The notes under the pieces are model-generated. The model had not been told where the DNA came from. It made no database searches and saw nothing but the letters and a program-made list of their open reading frames with translations. A stretch of DNA of 64,000 bases, from assembly GCF_006345805.1 (NCBI RefSeq), contig NC_043015.1, positions 48,856,001 through 48,920,000 of the forward strand, in the 5' to 3' direction. Positions 38,801 through 53,005 of the stretch are shown piece by piece. Position 1 is the stretch's first letter; each line of letters starts with the position of its first letter. Both the position numbers and the translations under genes were made by a program. The DNA is from Octopus sinensis (lineage: Eukaryota).

Positions 38801-41800
38801 GTGCTGGTGGCACGTAAAAAGCACCAACCGATCATGGCCACTGCCAGCCTCCCCTGGCACCTGTGCCGGTGGCACGTAAAAAGCACCGACTACACTCATG
38901 GAGTGGTTGGCATTAGGAAGAGCATCCAGCTGTAGAAACACTGCCAGATCAGACTGGAGCCTGGTGCAGCCTCCTGGTTTCCCAGACCCCAATTGAACCT
39001 TCCAATCCATGCTAGCATGGAAAACGGACGTTAAATGATGATGATGATGATATTCCAGCTATGGCCATCCTGCCTTTATTTTTGCGACATGATGTGTCTA
39101 GTATCCTGGGCAAGATCTTTTGTGCCAACTCCAAAACTATGCATTTCACTGAGATGAAGTATTTATCCTGAATATTGCAGAATTGGTCCTGCCATTTTAC
39201 GACAAGCTACTTATGGAACTATCAAAATTGGTATTTACCAGTCAATGAAAAGAATGTTTGTGTCCAACCCAATGGGTAAGTTTGTCTTTTTTCTTTTTAA
39301 TTAATTCTGGGTTTAGTGAGAGGGGCAGGTGAAATGCCTATGTTTTTTTTTTTTGGTTTATTTGGTTTTGTTATGTTTAAATGGTTCCAAGTTTGACAGG
39401 AAAATGCTAAGAGAAGAAACTTATTCCCAAGCTTGAACCTTGCTTCAAAAGTTTGCTATAGGGCACTCTGCTAAAGGTATCTCAGGGCCAAATGGTGTTA
39501 AACTGGTTCACAGACCTCTAATCAAAACTATTCCAATTGTTACCATTCCATCTTTTAATATATGGAGAACCACATTGTCCTATGTGTCCTTCCTGTTTTT
39601 AAGAGAGTAGGGTGTAATTTGAGGGGAAATGTAGCTGCTATTTTGGCATGTCAAGAAACTGAGTGGAGTGGATCAGCAGGGTAGATAAAGCCATAACTCT
39701 CTTTGTTCTTAGATCCTCCAGTATTTATTTCTTTATTTAGCCCCTTGTAAAGGGGCTAAACTTAGAGGGGACAAACAAGGACAGACAAAGGGATTAAGTT
39801 GATTACATCGACCCCAGTGCGTAACTGGTACTTATTTAATCGACCGCGAAAGGATGAAAAGCAAAGTTGACCTCAGCAGAAATTGAACTCGGAACGTAGC
39901 GGTAGACGAAATACCTGTTTCTTTACTACCCACAAGGGGCTACACAGAGGGGACAAACAAGGACGGACAAACAGATTAAGTCGATTACATCGACCCCAAT
40001 GCGTAACTGGTACTTAATTTATCGACCCCGAAAGATGAAAGGTAACATTGACCTCGGCGGAATTTGAACTCAGAACGTAGCAGCAGATGAAATACCTATT
40101 TTTTTACTACCCACAAGGGGCTAAACATAGAGGGGACAAACAAGGACAAACGGATTAAGTCGATTATATCGACCCCAGTGCGTAACTGGTACTTACTTAA
40201 TCGACCCCGAAAGGATGAAAGGCAAAGTTAACCTTGGCAGAATTTGAACTCAGAACGTAGCGGCAGATGAAATACGCTACGCATTTCGCCCGGCGTGCTA
40301 ACGTTTCCACCAGCTCACCGCCTTCTTAAACTTAAGAAGCTAAGTTTAATACTTTGACATTCGATATACCTGCTGAAGTATTAATGATATATTTCTTTAC
40401 TATCCATAAGGGGCTAAACACAGAGGGGACAAACAAGGACAGACAAAGGGATTAAGTCGATTACATCGACCCCAGTACATAACCGGTACTTAATTTATCG
40501 ACCCCGAAAGGATGAAAGGCAAAGTCGACCTCGGTGGAATTTGAACTCGGAACGTAACGACAGATGAAATACCGCTAAGCATTTCGCCCGGCGTGCTAAC
40601 GTTTCTGCCAACTGCCACCTTAAATCTCCAGTACTGTCAGCTTAAGGACAATGAACCTCTTTCAAACATTCTGGCTGCTTGCTTTCCTCTTTGCTCTACA
40701 TGGGCTGACTCCCATTATTATCATTTTGTCCCTGATGAATGTATCGTACCAAATCTTCACTGGTCTTTCACTCAGGCTTTTTCCTCTTCCTGGCCTTCTA
40801 CCAGTGGACGCAGAGAAGAAGGACAGACAAAGAGATTAAGTTGATTACATCAACCCCAGTGCATAACTGGTACTTAATTTATGCTATCACAGTGATAGCA
40901 TGTCTCTCCTGTTATAATCAGTAAACCATGTCTGCCAGTATACGTTTTACTGATTGTGACCAGAAAACCATATCTGCCACTTAGTCACCATGTCCTGCGA
41001 ATGTCTCATGCCAGCTCTTCTCATCACCTCTTCATTTCTCACAGTCTCAGTAAGAGATGCTCCACATTGAATGTAGGCAGCATTGGTGGATCACATCCAT
41101 TGAGAGATCTTTGCTATCTTCTTCCAGATCTCACAGGAATGTCTCCACATTGCATGTTGCAGTTGTAATGATGGTGTTGGGATTGAAGATATGGTTCTTC
41201 AAGATCTGGGCTTCGTTTTGGCTTTGACCTGCATCCGTCATATGTCCATCCTGAGATGACCTGTCTTCATTTTTATGTCCATCATATATACCCCTATACT
41301 CTGGTACTCCATCACTTCTGATGACTAGGGTTCCAGTTGATCTGATCAATGGAACAGCCTGCTTGTTAAATTAACATACAAGTGGCTGAGTGTTCCACAG
41401 ACATGTGCACCCCTTAACGTAGTTCTCAGAGAGATTAAACGTGACACAGAATATGACACAGTTGGCCCCTTTGAATTACAGGTACTAGTTATTTTTTGTC
41501 TGCTGAGTGAATTGGAGCTATGTGAAATAAAGTGTCTTGCTCAAGAACATAATGTACTGCTGTGAATTGAACTTATGACCTTATAATCGTGAGCCAAATA
41601 CCCTGACCACTAAGCCACGTGACTTATCCATTATATATAATACAATCTATAACTGGCCAGTCTGTATATTAGAAATGAAATGTAGTTCTGTTTGATAGTA
41701 ATTTAACTTCAATATTCTTTTCTACTCTAGGCACAAGGCCTGAAATTTTGGGGGAAGGGCGGGGCAGTCAATTAGATCGACTCCAGTATGCAACTGGTAC

Positions 41801-44800
41801 TTAATTTATCGACCCTGAAAAGATGAAAGGCAAAGTTGACCTCAGTGGAATTTGAACTCGGAACATAAAGACAGACAAAATACTGCTAAGCATTTCGCCT
41901 GTGTGCTAACGTTTCTGCCACCTCACCTTCTTAATTTAACTTCAATATTAACAAGATTTGAAGTTAGTGAGCTGGCCGAATTGTTAGCATGCCAGGCAAA
42001 ATGTTTAGCAACATTTCATCTAAATGTTCTGAGTTCAAATTCTGCCTTTCACTCTTTTGAGGTCAATAAAATAAGTACCAGTTGTGTGCTGGTGTCAATG
42101 TAATTAACTTACCCCTCCTTCAAAATTGCTGCCTTTGTGGCATAATTATTTGAAATCATTATTTAAGATCAGAAGCCATCAGAACCACTGTCTGGTACTG
42201 CATCAGGGCATTATTTGTTGTTGTTGTTAGATATCTAGAAAATATTTTAAATACTTTGCAAATATTTATCTTGAGCTTTATTGTAAATTAACATTAATCT
42301 TATGCTGTTCTGTATTCATTTCAGATGAAACGCTCGCTACGAATGTTTTTTGCGGTGTTGTTGCTGGTATAGTTTCTAGTTCTATAGCCAATCCTACTGA
42401 CGTACTCAAAGTAAGAATCCATTTGTTGCTCAACATTTTACTGTAAAACTAGCTAACTTTTATGATAGCTTCTATTTTGTATATTTTATGCATCACTGGT
42501 TTGAGCACACACACACATACACACACACATTAGATTTTTCCTTTTCTTTGTAAGGTGGTTGTCATTAGGAAGGGCATCCAGTTATAGAAACCAAACCAAA
42601 ACAGACAGTGGTGTCTGGTATGGCCCCAGGCCATGCCAGCTCCTGTCAAGTCATCCAACCATGCCAGCATGGAAAATGGATGTTAAATGGTGGTGAATGA
42701 AATGGTAGGTGATCTCTTACAAAGTGCAAAGACTTTTGGTTGGAACTTTGTGTTTCTGATGTGAGATGGAAACAAAAATAGTAGAAGCCCTAGATTGAAA
42801 TGATAAGGAACTATCATTTCAATCCGGGGCTTCTACCATTTTTGTCTCCATATGGAATGAGAACAATTGGGTGCAGCTGTCAGAATGCTGGAGGTTTGGC
42901 ATAGCTGTGTGGACATTTATCCTGTTTTGGCAAAAGTACTTTCCAGTGCTGGGGACACACACACACATGCACAGAAATATATACATTCGGATAGAAAGAG
43001 TGAGAGACATAATTTATTGATTGAACATGTTTCACATAAACACTTTCCGTTCCTTCATACACATAAAGAGATGTTCACCCACAAACAGAAAATGTGTGAG
43101 GAGAGGTAGAAAGACATATCAATTTATTAATTGATTATGTTTGACATAAACACTTTCCATCTTCTCATACACATCATCATCATCACTGTTTAACGTCCGC
43201 TTTCCATGCTATCATGGGTTGGACGATTTGACTGAGGACTGGCGAACCAGATGGCTGCACCAAGCTCCAATCTTGATCTGGCAGAGTTTCTACAGCTGGA
43301 TGCCCTTCCTAATGCCAACCACTCTGACATAAAAAGAAATCTGCTCACACATAAAGAGAGAGATGGGGGACAGAAGGGTTTAATACACAGACAAATAAAC
43401 AAATATGTTACTACTATTACACATCATGTGGAGGCGCGTGGCTTAGTGGTTAGGGTGTCAGCATCATGATCGTAAGATCGTGTTTTCGATTCCTGGACCG
43501 GGTGACGCATTGTGTTCTTGAGCAAAACACTTCATTTTTCACGTTGATCCAGTCCACTCAGCTGGCAAAAATGAGTAACACTGCTATGGACTGGCGTCCC
43601 GTCCAGCTGGGGAACACATACGCCATAAAAACCGGGAAACTGGGCCCATGAGCCTGGCTAGGCTTTAAAGGGGCGCAGTGGAGGGGCATGGCTTAGTGGT
43701 TAGGGTGTCAGCATCATGATTATAAGATCATGTTTTCGATTCCTGGACCGGGTGACGTGTTGTGTTCTTGAGCAAAACACTTCATTTTTCACGTTGCTCC
43801 AGTCCACTCAGCTGGCAAAAATTAGTAACACTATGATGGACTGGCGTCCCGTCCAGCTGGGGAACACATACGCCATGGAAACCGGGCCCATGAGCCTGGC
43901 TAGGCTTTAAAGGGGTGCAGTGGAGGGACATGGCTTAGTGGTTAGGGTGTCAGCATCATGATTGTAAGATTGTGTTTTCGATTCCTGGACCGGGTGACGC
44001 ATTGTGTTCTTGAGCAAAACACTTCATTTTTCACGTTGATCCAGTCCACTCAGCTGGCAAAAATGAGCAACACTGCGATGGACTGGCGTCCCGTCCAGCT
44101 GGGGAACACATACGCCATAGAAACCAGGAAACCGGGCCTATGAGCCTGGCTAGGCTTTAAAAGGGTGCATTTATTTTTTATATTATTACACATTATACAG
44201 AGAGTAATTTTAATTGAAACTTTATTTTATTGCTTAAAGGTAAGGATGCAAGCTAAGACCGAAAGTTTACAGACTTCAATGTTTCAGTCTTTTATACAAA
44301 TTTACAAGAAAGAAGGTGTTCGAGGATTATGGAGAGTGAGTATTTTTTCCTTTACCTTTTTTTTGTTGTTTCCTTCAGTTTTTTTGTCCCACCTATTTAT
44401 AGTGTCTGTACGAGGAGGATGGAGGCTGTGTGGTTAAGACTGAAATATGTGGTTCAGTCCCACCGTGTGACGCCTTGGGTAAGTGTCTTTTGCTCTGGCT
44501 ACAGGCTCGTGAGTGTGAGTATTTTCATCTTTGTCTCTAACCCCTGCAACTACTTAGCAACTGGTGTTGGTTTATTTATGTCCCTGTAATTTAGCAGTTT
44601 ATCAAAAGTGACTGAGAGAATAAGTACCAGGCGTAAAAAATATATAAGTTCTGATGTTGATTTTTTTTTTTTTACTAAATCCTGCATGGTAGTACCCTGC
44701 ATGGGTACCAAGCTAGGGTTTGATATTTTTGATTAAATTTTTGTAACTTGTGTATATATTTTTATCAAAAATTTTGACTATTAATTCTTGCAGGGAGTCG

Positions 44801-47800
44801 TTCCAACTGCCCAGAGGGCTGCTATTGTGGCAGGAGTAGAATTGCCTGTCTATGATATCACAAAGAAACACATCTTGAAATCTGAATCTATGGAAGACCA
44901 TGCTGGAACACATTTCGTGTAAGTTTATCAATGTTTCCCTTATCTTCTTGAATAGTAGCACACCTATTTCTGTCCTCATTCTCTCTCTCTCTCTGGCCAG
45001 GTAACCATGTACCTCTTCTACAGCAAGACACCTGTTCCCACCTCTCTGTCTCTCTGTCACACTTGAACCTTTTGTTATCAGACACAAGATCACCTCCTCC
45101 AATGCCCCCACCTCTCTCAAAGGATCTTTGTCTTGCAAGTTACTTGGTGACCCTACCAGTGTTGGTGCCACTTAAAAAGCATCCAGTCCACACTATAAAG
45201 TGGTTGGCATTTGGAAGGGCATCCAGCTGTAAAACCCATGACCTTACCTGTGTGTCTGCCACACAAAAAGCATTTTGTCCACTCTCCTGGGTGGTTGGTG
45301 TTAGGAAGGGCATCCAGCTGTAAAAACCATGCCAAAGCACACACAGAAGTCTGGTGCAGGTTCCTGCCTGGCCAGTTCCTGTCAAACTGTCCTACCCATG
45401 CCAGCATGGAATGCAAATGTTAAATACTGATTATATTACTGGTACCTGAGGAATTTGAACTCAGAATAGACGAATTGCCACTAAGCATTTTGGTCTGGGG
45501 TGCTGCTAACGATTCTACCAGCTTGCTGCCTTAGCAGAACTAAATATTAATAATTTAAAGTCTGTTCTTTACCGAAGTATTTTCTGTCTAATTAGAAACA
45601 AATTAGCCTTATGTTTTTAATGCGTCATCATTGTAATGACAAGAGTCTGTCATATATGAGATGTAGGTATGGTTGTGTGGTAAGAAGCTTGCTTCCAAAC
45701 TACATAACTTTGGGTTCAATCCCACCTTTGGCAAGTGTTTTCTGCTTTAGCCATACGCTGATCACAGCTATGTAAGTGGACTTGGTTAATGGAAACTGGA
45801 AGAAGCCTGTTGTGTGTGTGTGTGTGTTACTGTCTCCTTGCTTTGACATTGCGTAATAGTCGTAAATAAATATCTCTATCAGGCAAGCAGTTTCCTTTGT
45901 TTTCAATCTTTTAAAACATGCTTGGTGATGGGTAAAATATTACTTTACCTGGAAACAGGTGATGGTTGGTGACAGTAGAGGCATCCAGCTGTGGAAAGAT
46001 GACTATCGACCCTGACCCTTTAGCATCTGAATTTTTCTATCAAATGTTATGATTATTCATTCTCATTGTTTTAAATTAATCATGTATTATCTTGTAGCTA
46101 TGAGATTTTGTTGTGATTGTTTATTTTTAGAATGATATTGTAGGGTAGGTATGAGAGGCTGGATCTTACTCTTTTGAGCATAAAACAGGTAGGATATTTG
46201 GGCTGGATATGGCCAGTTTAAATGCTAAAGGGCTAAGCGATGGTGATGATGTGACTCTTGTTTTACGATGCCTTGCAATGAGACTGAGCCTAGTATCTTA
46301 TTTTTCAGGTTCACTGAATATGACTGATATGAGTGGGGCAGTCCTTGTGATTGGCCCTTTAACATTCAGATAACTGTCAAACATAAAGCTTATCTGTTCT
46401 ATATTTAAGAGATGAGGAATTACGTACATTATTTACATTTGACGGATATTCGTCCTCATCTTGTTTGTTGTTAACACTACGTTTTGGCTGATATACCCTC
46501 CAGCCTTCATCAGGTGTCTTGGGGAAATTTTGAACCTGGGTCATTGTCGTCATCACCACTACCACCATCACAACCATCATCACCACCACCACCATCATCA
46601 CCATTCAGGTTACTGAATCGAACTCGGAATCTTTGGGTTAGTAGCCCATGCTCTTAACCACTATGCCATATGCCCATGTGCAATTATGGAGGGAATTTTA
46701 GGGCTTATAAATCTAATATTTTCCTATCCTTCCTTAACACCGGTTCCCATATGCTACTCATATCTGCACTCGGTCTGCTTAGGAGGTTGTTGTGTCCTAG
46801 CATATGTGCTGCTTCTTTTAGTTTTCATATTTTCCAGTCGTGTTCTCTCTCTATTATTTTAACTTCATCCCACAGGGGGAGGTGGTCTCCATTTTTCCAT
46901 ATACGATCAGCTATACCCGATTTATCAATATCTCCTGATGTCACAGCTTATCTGTACACATTGTTTTGAATTAATCATGCCTTATCCCAGAGCTTTGAGA
47001 TTTTGAAAATGTGATTGTATTTTCTTTTTTTTTTTCCTTTGTTTAGTGCCAGTTTTACTGCTGGACTTGCTGGTGCTATAACGTCTAACCCCATTGATGT
47101 TGTGAAGGTAAGTGATTTTGTAAATCTGTTAACAGTTTTTTTGGTAAACATGGAACTGGTGTGGTCAAGTGGTAAGAAGTTTGCTTCCTGACCATATGGG
47201 TTCAGTCTCACTGCATACAGCCTTGTGCAAGTGTCCTCTACTTCAGCTATAGCTCCAGACTGAGCAAAGCCTTATGAATGGATTTGGTAGATGGAAACTG
47301 AAAGAAGCCTGTTTGTGTGTGTGTATATGTATATATCCATATGTAGTATATATATAAGGGCATCCAGCTGTAGAAACTCTGCCAAATCAAAACTGGAGCC
47401 TGGTGCAACCATCTGGTTTGCCAGCCCTCAGTCAAAATCGTCCAACCCATGCTAGCATGGAAAGCAGATGATAAACGATGATGATGATGATGATGATATA
47501 TATATATATATAAGAATGAATGTTTTTATATATAATGAACGTGAAATACAGGAAGGGACGAACACGGAACACAGACAAATCATTCGAAGCCATCAATCTT
47601 CAGTCAGACACCGAATCATCATAGCAAATTTCGGCTGTTCAATTCTGATATTTGCTCCAACTCGGCCAGCCCCAAGAAAAAAAACTAAGCTGTAAGCATT
47701 AGATTTCTTGGTAGAAGACAGGAATGTGAACGCACAAGACGGATGTGAATACAAGAGACGAAAACGAAATTGAAAACAGTAATGAAAAAACAAAACATAT

Positions 47801-50800
47801 ATAACGGTGGTTGTCATACGACTTTAGACCAAATGAGACAAAACAACAACATAGCAGCTGGCGTAGAAATAATTACCGTTTCGGTAGCGGGGACACATGT
47901 TGGTCGAGATACGAAGGCCAACAGAATGGTTGAAAAAGCAGCAGGTCGCAGGAGAGAGAGAAAGAGAGACAGAGAGAGAGGGAATCAAAGAGGGTGGAAG
48001 GCAGGGGACAGAATCAGTGACCAGAGAGGAGAAAGAAGGGATTAAGGAGGATGGGAGGAAGAGAGGGGAAGAATCGGAGGGCGCCAAAAAGTTTGGTGAA
48101 GAAGCAATGGCGGGTAGTAAAAGACAGTGTGTATAGAAGTCGTGCAGGGTTTAAAATTGGACAAACAACGGGGGGGGGTGCACGTAACGCCGCAATAATA
48201 TAAGAATGAATGTTTTTATATATAATGAATGTGAAATACAGGAAGGGACGAACACGGAACACAGACAAATCATTCGAAGCCATCAATCTTCAGTCAGACA
48301 CCGAATCATCATAGCAAATTTCGGCTGTTCAATTCTGATATTTGCTCCAACTCGGCCAGCCCCAAGAAAAAAAACTAAGCTGTAAGCATTAGATTTCTTG
48401 GTAGAAGACAGGAATGTGAACGCACAAGACGGATGTGAATACAAGAGACGAAAACGAATTGAAAACAGTAATGAAAAAACAAAACATATATAACGGTGGT
48501 TGTCATACGACTTTAGACCAAATGAGACAAAACAACAACATAGCAGCTGGCATAGAAATAATTACCGTTTCGGTAGCGGGGACACATGTTGGTCGAGATA
48601 CGAAGGCCAACAGAATGGTTGAAAAAGCAGCAGGTCGCAGGAGAGAGAGAAAGAGAGACAGAGAGAGAGGGAATCAAAGAGGGTGGAAGGCAGGGGACAG
48701 AATCAGTGACCAAGAGAGGAGAAAGAAGGGATTAAGGAGGATGGGAGGAAGAGAGGGGAAGAATCGGAGGGCGCCAAAAAGTTTGGTGAAGAAGCAATGG
48801 CGGGTAGTAAAAGACAGTGTGTATAGAAGTCGTGCAGGGTTTAAAATTGGACAAACAAACGGGGGGGTGCACGTAACGCCGCAATAATATAAGAATGAAT
48901 GTTTTTATATATAATGAACGTGAAATACAGGAAGGGACGAACACGATATATATATATATATAAAATCACAATCGAAATTGATCAACATCAATGGAATTTG
49001 TAGCTGTGTTAGCAGTGCCGGTGGCACGTAAGAGAACCATCCGAACGTGGCTGTTGCCAGCACCGCCCCGACTGGCCTCCGTGCCGGTGGCACGTAAAAA
49101 GCACCATCCAACCGTGGCCGTTTACTAGCTTCGTCTGGCACCTGTGCCGGTGGCACGTAAAAAGCACCATCCAACCGTGGCCGTTTACTAGCCTCGTCTG
49201 GCACGTAAAAAGCACCCACTACACTCTCGGAGTGGTTGGCGCGTTAGGAAGGGCATCCAGCCGTAGAAACATTGCCAAATCAGACTGGGCCTGGTGCAGC
49301 CTTCTGGCTTTCCAGACCCCCGTTGAACCGTCCAACCCATGCTAGCATGGAAAGCAGACACTAAACGATGATGATGATATATATATATATATAATATTCT
49401 ACGTCCTTCTGATGATGATTTAGAGCACCTAATTCTTGGATTTCCCTACACTGGATTACGCTACCCTTTGAATTCCCTCAGAGTATGTTGTTTTTGTACC
49501 TTTGATTTATCTCATCATCATCGTTTAACGTCTGTTTTCCATGCTAGCATGGGTTGGACGGTTCGACCGGAGTCTGGGAAGCCAGGAGGCTGCACCAGGT
49601 TGGATTGAACCACATATTTCAGTCTTAACCACACAGCCTCCATTCCCCACGTACAGACACTTTAAATAGGTGTTAGAATCCCCCTCTCTCACTCAGCCCC
49701 CACCCTCCTGCCTCCATGATATTTGCTCAACCTATCCACCAGCAACTCATAACCACCTCTTCATTCATAGGAGTGGCTGTGTGGTAAGTAGCTTGCTTCC
49801 CAATCACATGGTCCTGGGTTCAGTCCCAATGCGTGACACCTTGGGCAAGTGTCTTCTACTACAACCTCGAGTTGATTAAAGCCTTGTGAGTAAATTTGGT
49901 AGAGGGAAACTGAAAGAAGCCTGTCATATATATATATATATAAAAGTAGATAAATGGTACAACAAGGCACCAATATTTACTGGAAAATAGCAATCATATT
50001 GTATTATTATTTTCATTGAAACTTCTTCACTGTTCTCGTTCTGTTAACATTTTGGCGTTCAGACTAGTATACTGGTATCGATGTGGCAACATCTGAAATC
50101 TTGTCTAGGTAAATGCAGCTGATGATGACTGATCAAATTTACGTTGTCAAACGTATTTGAAGAGTCAGAAACCAGTCCTGCATTATCTGATTCTGGGTTG
50201 TCCATTTATCAGATTTGTTGCACACACGCGTCTTTGCTAGTATATACGCAGTGAAGCTACACAATAGCGTCGTAGTTATTACGATTGCTATTTTCCAGTA
50301 AATATTGGTGCCTTGTACCATTTATTTACTTTTATATGTATAATTTTACCCTTATGGGCTATCCTTTACTGGAAAGTAATACATTCGTATTGCATTATTA
50401 TTTTCGTATATATGTATGTATGTACTTGTGTGTCTGCTTGTCCCCCTCCCCCATTCACCCTTGCTTGACACTGATGCTGGTGTGTTTACGTTCCCATAAC
50501 TTAGCTGTTTGGCAAAAGAGACCAACAGAATAAGTACTAGACTTACAAAGAATAAGTCCTGGGGTTGATTTGCTCGGCGAAAGGCGGTGCTCCAGCATGG
50601 CCGCAGTCAAATGACTGAAACAAGTAAAAGAAGGAAGAATGAGTTGCTGTATTTGATCTACATCAGTAAATTGGTCTTTAATCTACAAATACAATCATTA
50701 GAACATAATTGTATATCTAAGAACCTATACTTTATTCTCATCAAGTGTATTCCACTTACTTGTGCTTTGCTAACGAGTCCCAATAAGTCTGAAACATTGC

Positions 50801-52973
50801 TGTCCTCATCCCTACTAACAAGGATCTGATTTTTCCTTTAAGCATCATACTTAAATGTTTTATTCTTTATTGAAATTGTCTCCTTTTTGGAAGCCACAAA
50901 TGAATGATGGCAGATGTTTTGTTTCTTTTCTCCAAGAGGAAAATCTCAATCCATTAACAGTCTTCAAGGGTTTAATCGACTATGTTGCTCTCTGAAATTT
51001 GTTAACCTATTTTGTTATAAAAAAAAAAAATGTTGATATTCATGTAAGAGGAGATAACTCTGTCAGACTGTTTTTCTTGTACTCTGATGCTCTTTATAGT
51101 TCCACTTAACATGATCATAAATTTACTCTTTAGTATTTCAAGATATTTTAATGTAATTTTGGTAAATATATCTGTTAAAGTGAGATGTCAGTGTTATTTT
51201 CACTTTTAAATAATTTATTCACTGCACCCTGTGTGTATGTGTGTGTGTATATATATATATATAATATATATATATATTTATATATATATATATATATATA
51301 TATTTGTCATTCATGAGGAGAGAATTTATTTGAAAAAATGTTTGTATTTTACTGAAGTAAAACTATTTGAAAAATGGTAAAGTATTTTTGTCTTCTACTA
51401 TTGATTTTTTTAATTTTTAGACTCGTTTAATGAATCAACGTGTTTTAAAGACGACCAACGGGACTGCTTCTGCCATATACACCTCTTCGCTGGACTGCAT
51501 CATTCAAGTAATTCCTTTTCCCATTTACTTTTAAATGTTTGATTTAAATAATGTTTTAAATTCTTAATTGAAACGTCACTTCTATTTAGTTTCACAGGCG
51601 CAGGAGTGGCTGTGTAGTAAGTAGCTTGCTTACGAACCACATTGTTCCAGGTTCAGTCCCACTGCGTGGCACCTTGGGCAAGTGTCTTCTACTATAGTCT
51701 CGGGCCGACCAAAGCCTTGAGAGTGGATTTGGTAGACGGAAACTGAAAGAAGCCTATCATATATATATATATATATACTCACATGTGTGTCTGTGTTTGT
51801 CCCCCCCAACATCGCTTGACAGCCGATGCTGGTGTGTTTACATCCCTGTAACTTAGCGGTTCGGCAAAAGAGACCGATAGAATAAGTACTAGGCTTACAA
51901 AGAGTAAGTCCTGGGGTCGATTTGCTCGACTAAAAGGCGGTGCTCTAGCATGGCCACAGTCACATGACTGAAACAAGTAAAAGAGAGCTTAATATTATGA
52001 TAATCATTAAGGTAACAAGCTGGCAGAATCATTAGTATGTCCGGCAATGTGTTTAGTGGCATTCCATCTGTCTATGTTCTCTCCGTCAAGGTCAGCTTTG
52101 CCTTTAATCCTTTCGGGGCCAATAAAAATAAATGCCAGTTGAACATGGAGTTAATGTAATCGACTTAATCCCTCCCTTGAAATTGCTGGCCTTGTGCCAA
52201 AATTTGAAACCATTATGATGATCCTTGATGTAAGGAGCCAGAAGGATCATCAGCATGCCTGGCAATATGCGTGGCAGCATTTCATCCGTGTTTATATTTT
52301 GAGTTCAAATCCTGCTGAGGTCTACTTTCACTTTCAGCCTTTTTAGGATCAATGAAAAATAAGTACCAGTTAAGCCCTGGGGGTCGACTTTGCCTTTCAA
52401 CCTTTCGGGGACAATAAAATAAGTACCAGTTTAGCATTGGGATCAATGTATTTAACTTACCCGCTTTCTTGAAATTGCTGGCCTTGTGCCAAAATTTGAA
52501 ATCATTATGATAATCCTTGAAGTAAGGAGCAAGAAGCCTGGCAAAAATGCTTAGCAGCATTTCATCTGTGTTTATATTTTGAGTTCAAATCCTGCTTTGA
52601 GTTCAATGTATTTAACTTACCCGCTTTCCTGAAATTGCTGGCCTTGTGCCAAGATTCGAAACCAACATGTTCATTTTTTCCTGTATCAATCTATTAATGA
52701 TACCTTTTTTTTTTTTTTTTTGCAGACTGCCAGAACTGAAGGCTTAATGGCTTTTTATAAAGGTTTTATCCCCACGTGGATCAGGCTTGGACCCTGGAAT
52801 ATTATTGTATCCTTAAAGACAGTATAGGTGTGGCTGTGCCATAAGAAGTTTACTTCCCAACCTCGTAGTTTTGGGTTCAGTCCCACTGCATGGCACCTTG
52901 GGCAAGTGTCCTCTTCTATAGCCCTGAGGCTGACTAAAGCCTTGTGAGTGGAAACTGAAAGAAGCCCACCGAG

Positions 52974-53005
<32 letters not shown>

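Noticed and set aside
47770-48887. 91-150 aa Arg/Glu-rich ORFs
   Set aside because: Frames differ between the two near-identical units because of indels, and they are GA-microsatellite driven.
49389-49480. CTGATGA next to a TA tract
   Set aside because: No matching stem II or GAAA found.
50115-50160. Hammerhead motif CTGATGA-T-GAC..GTC-AAACGTA
   Set aside because: G12 is missing and stem I is unconvincing; at best a fossil.
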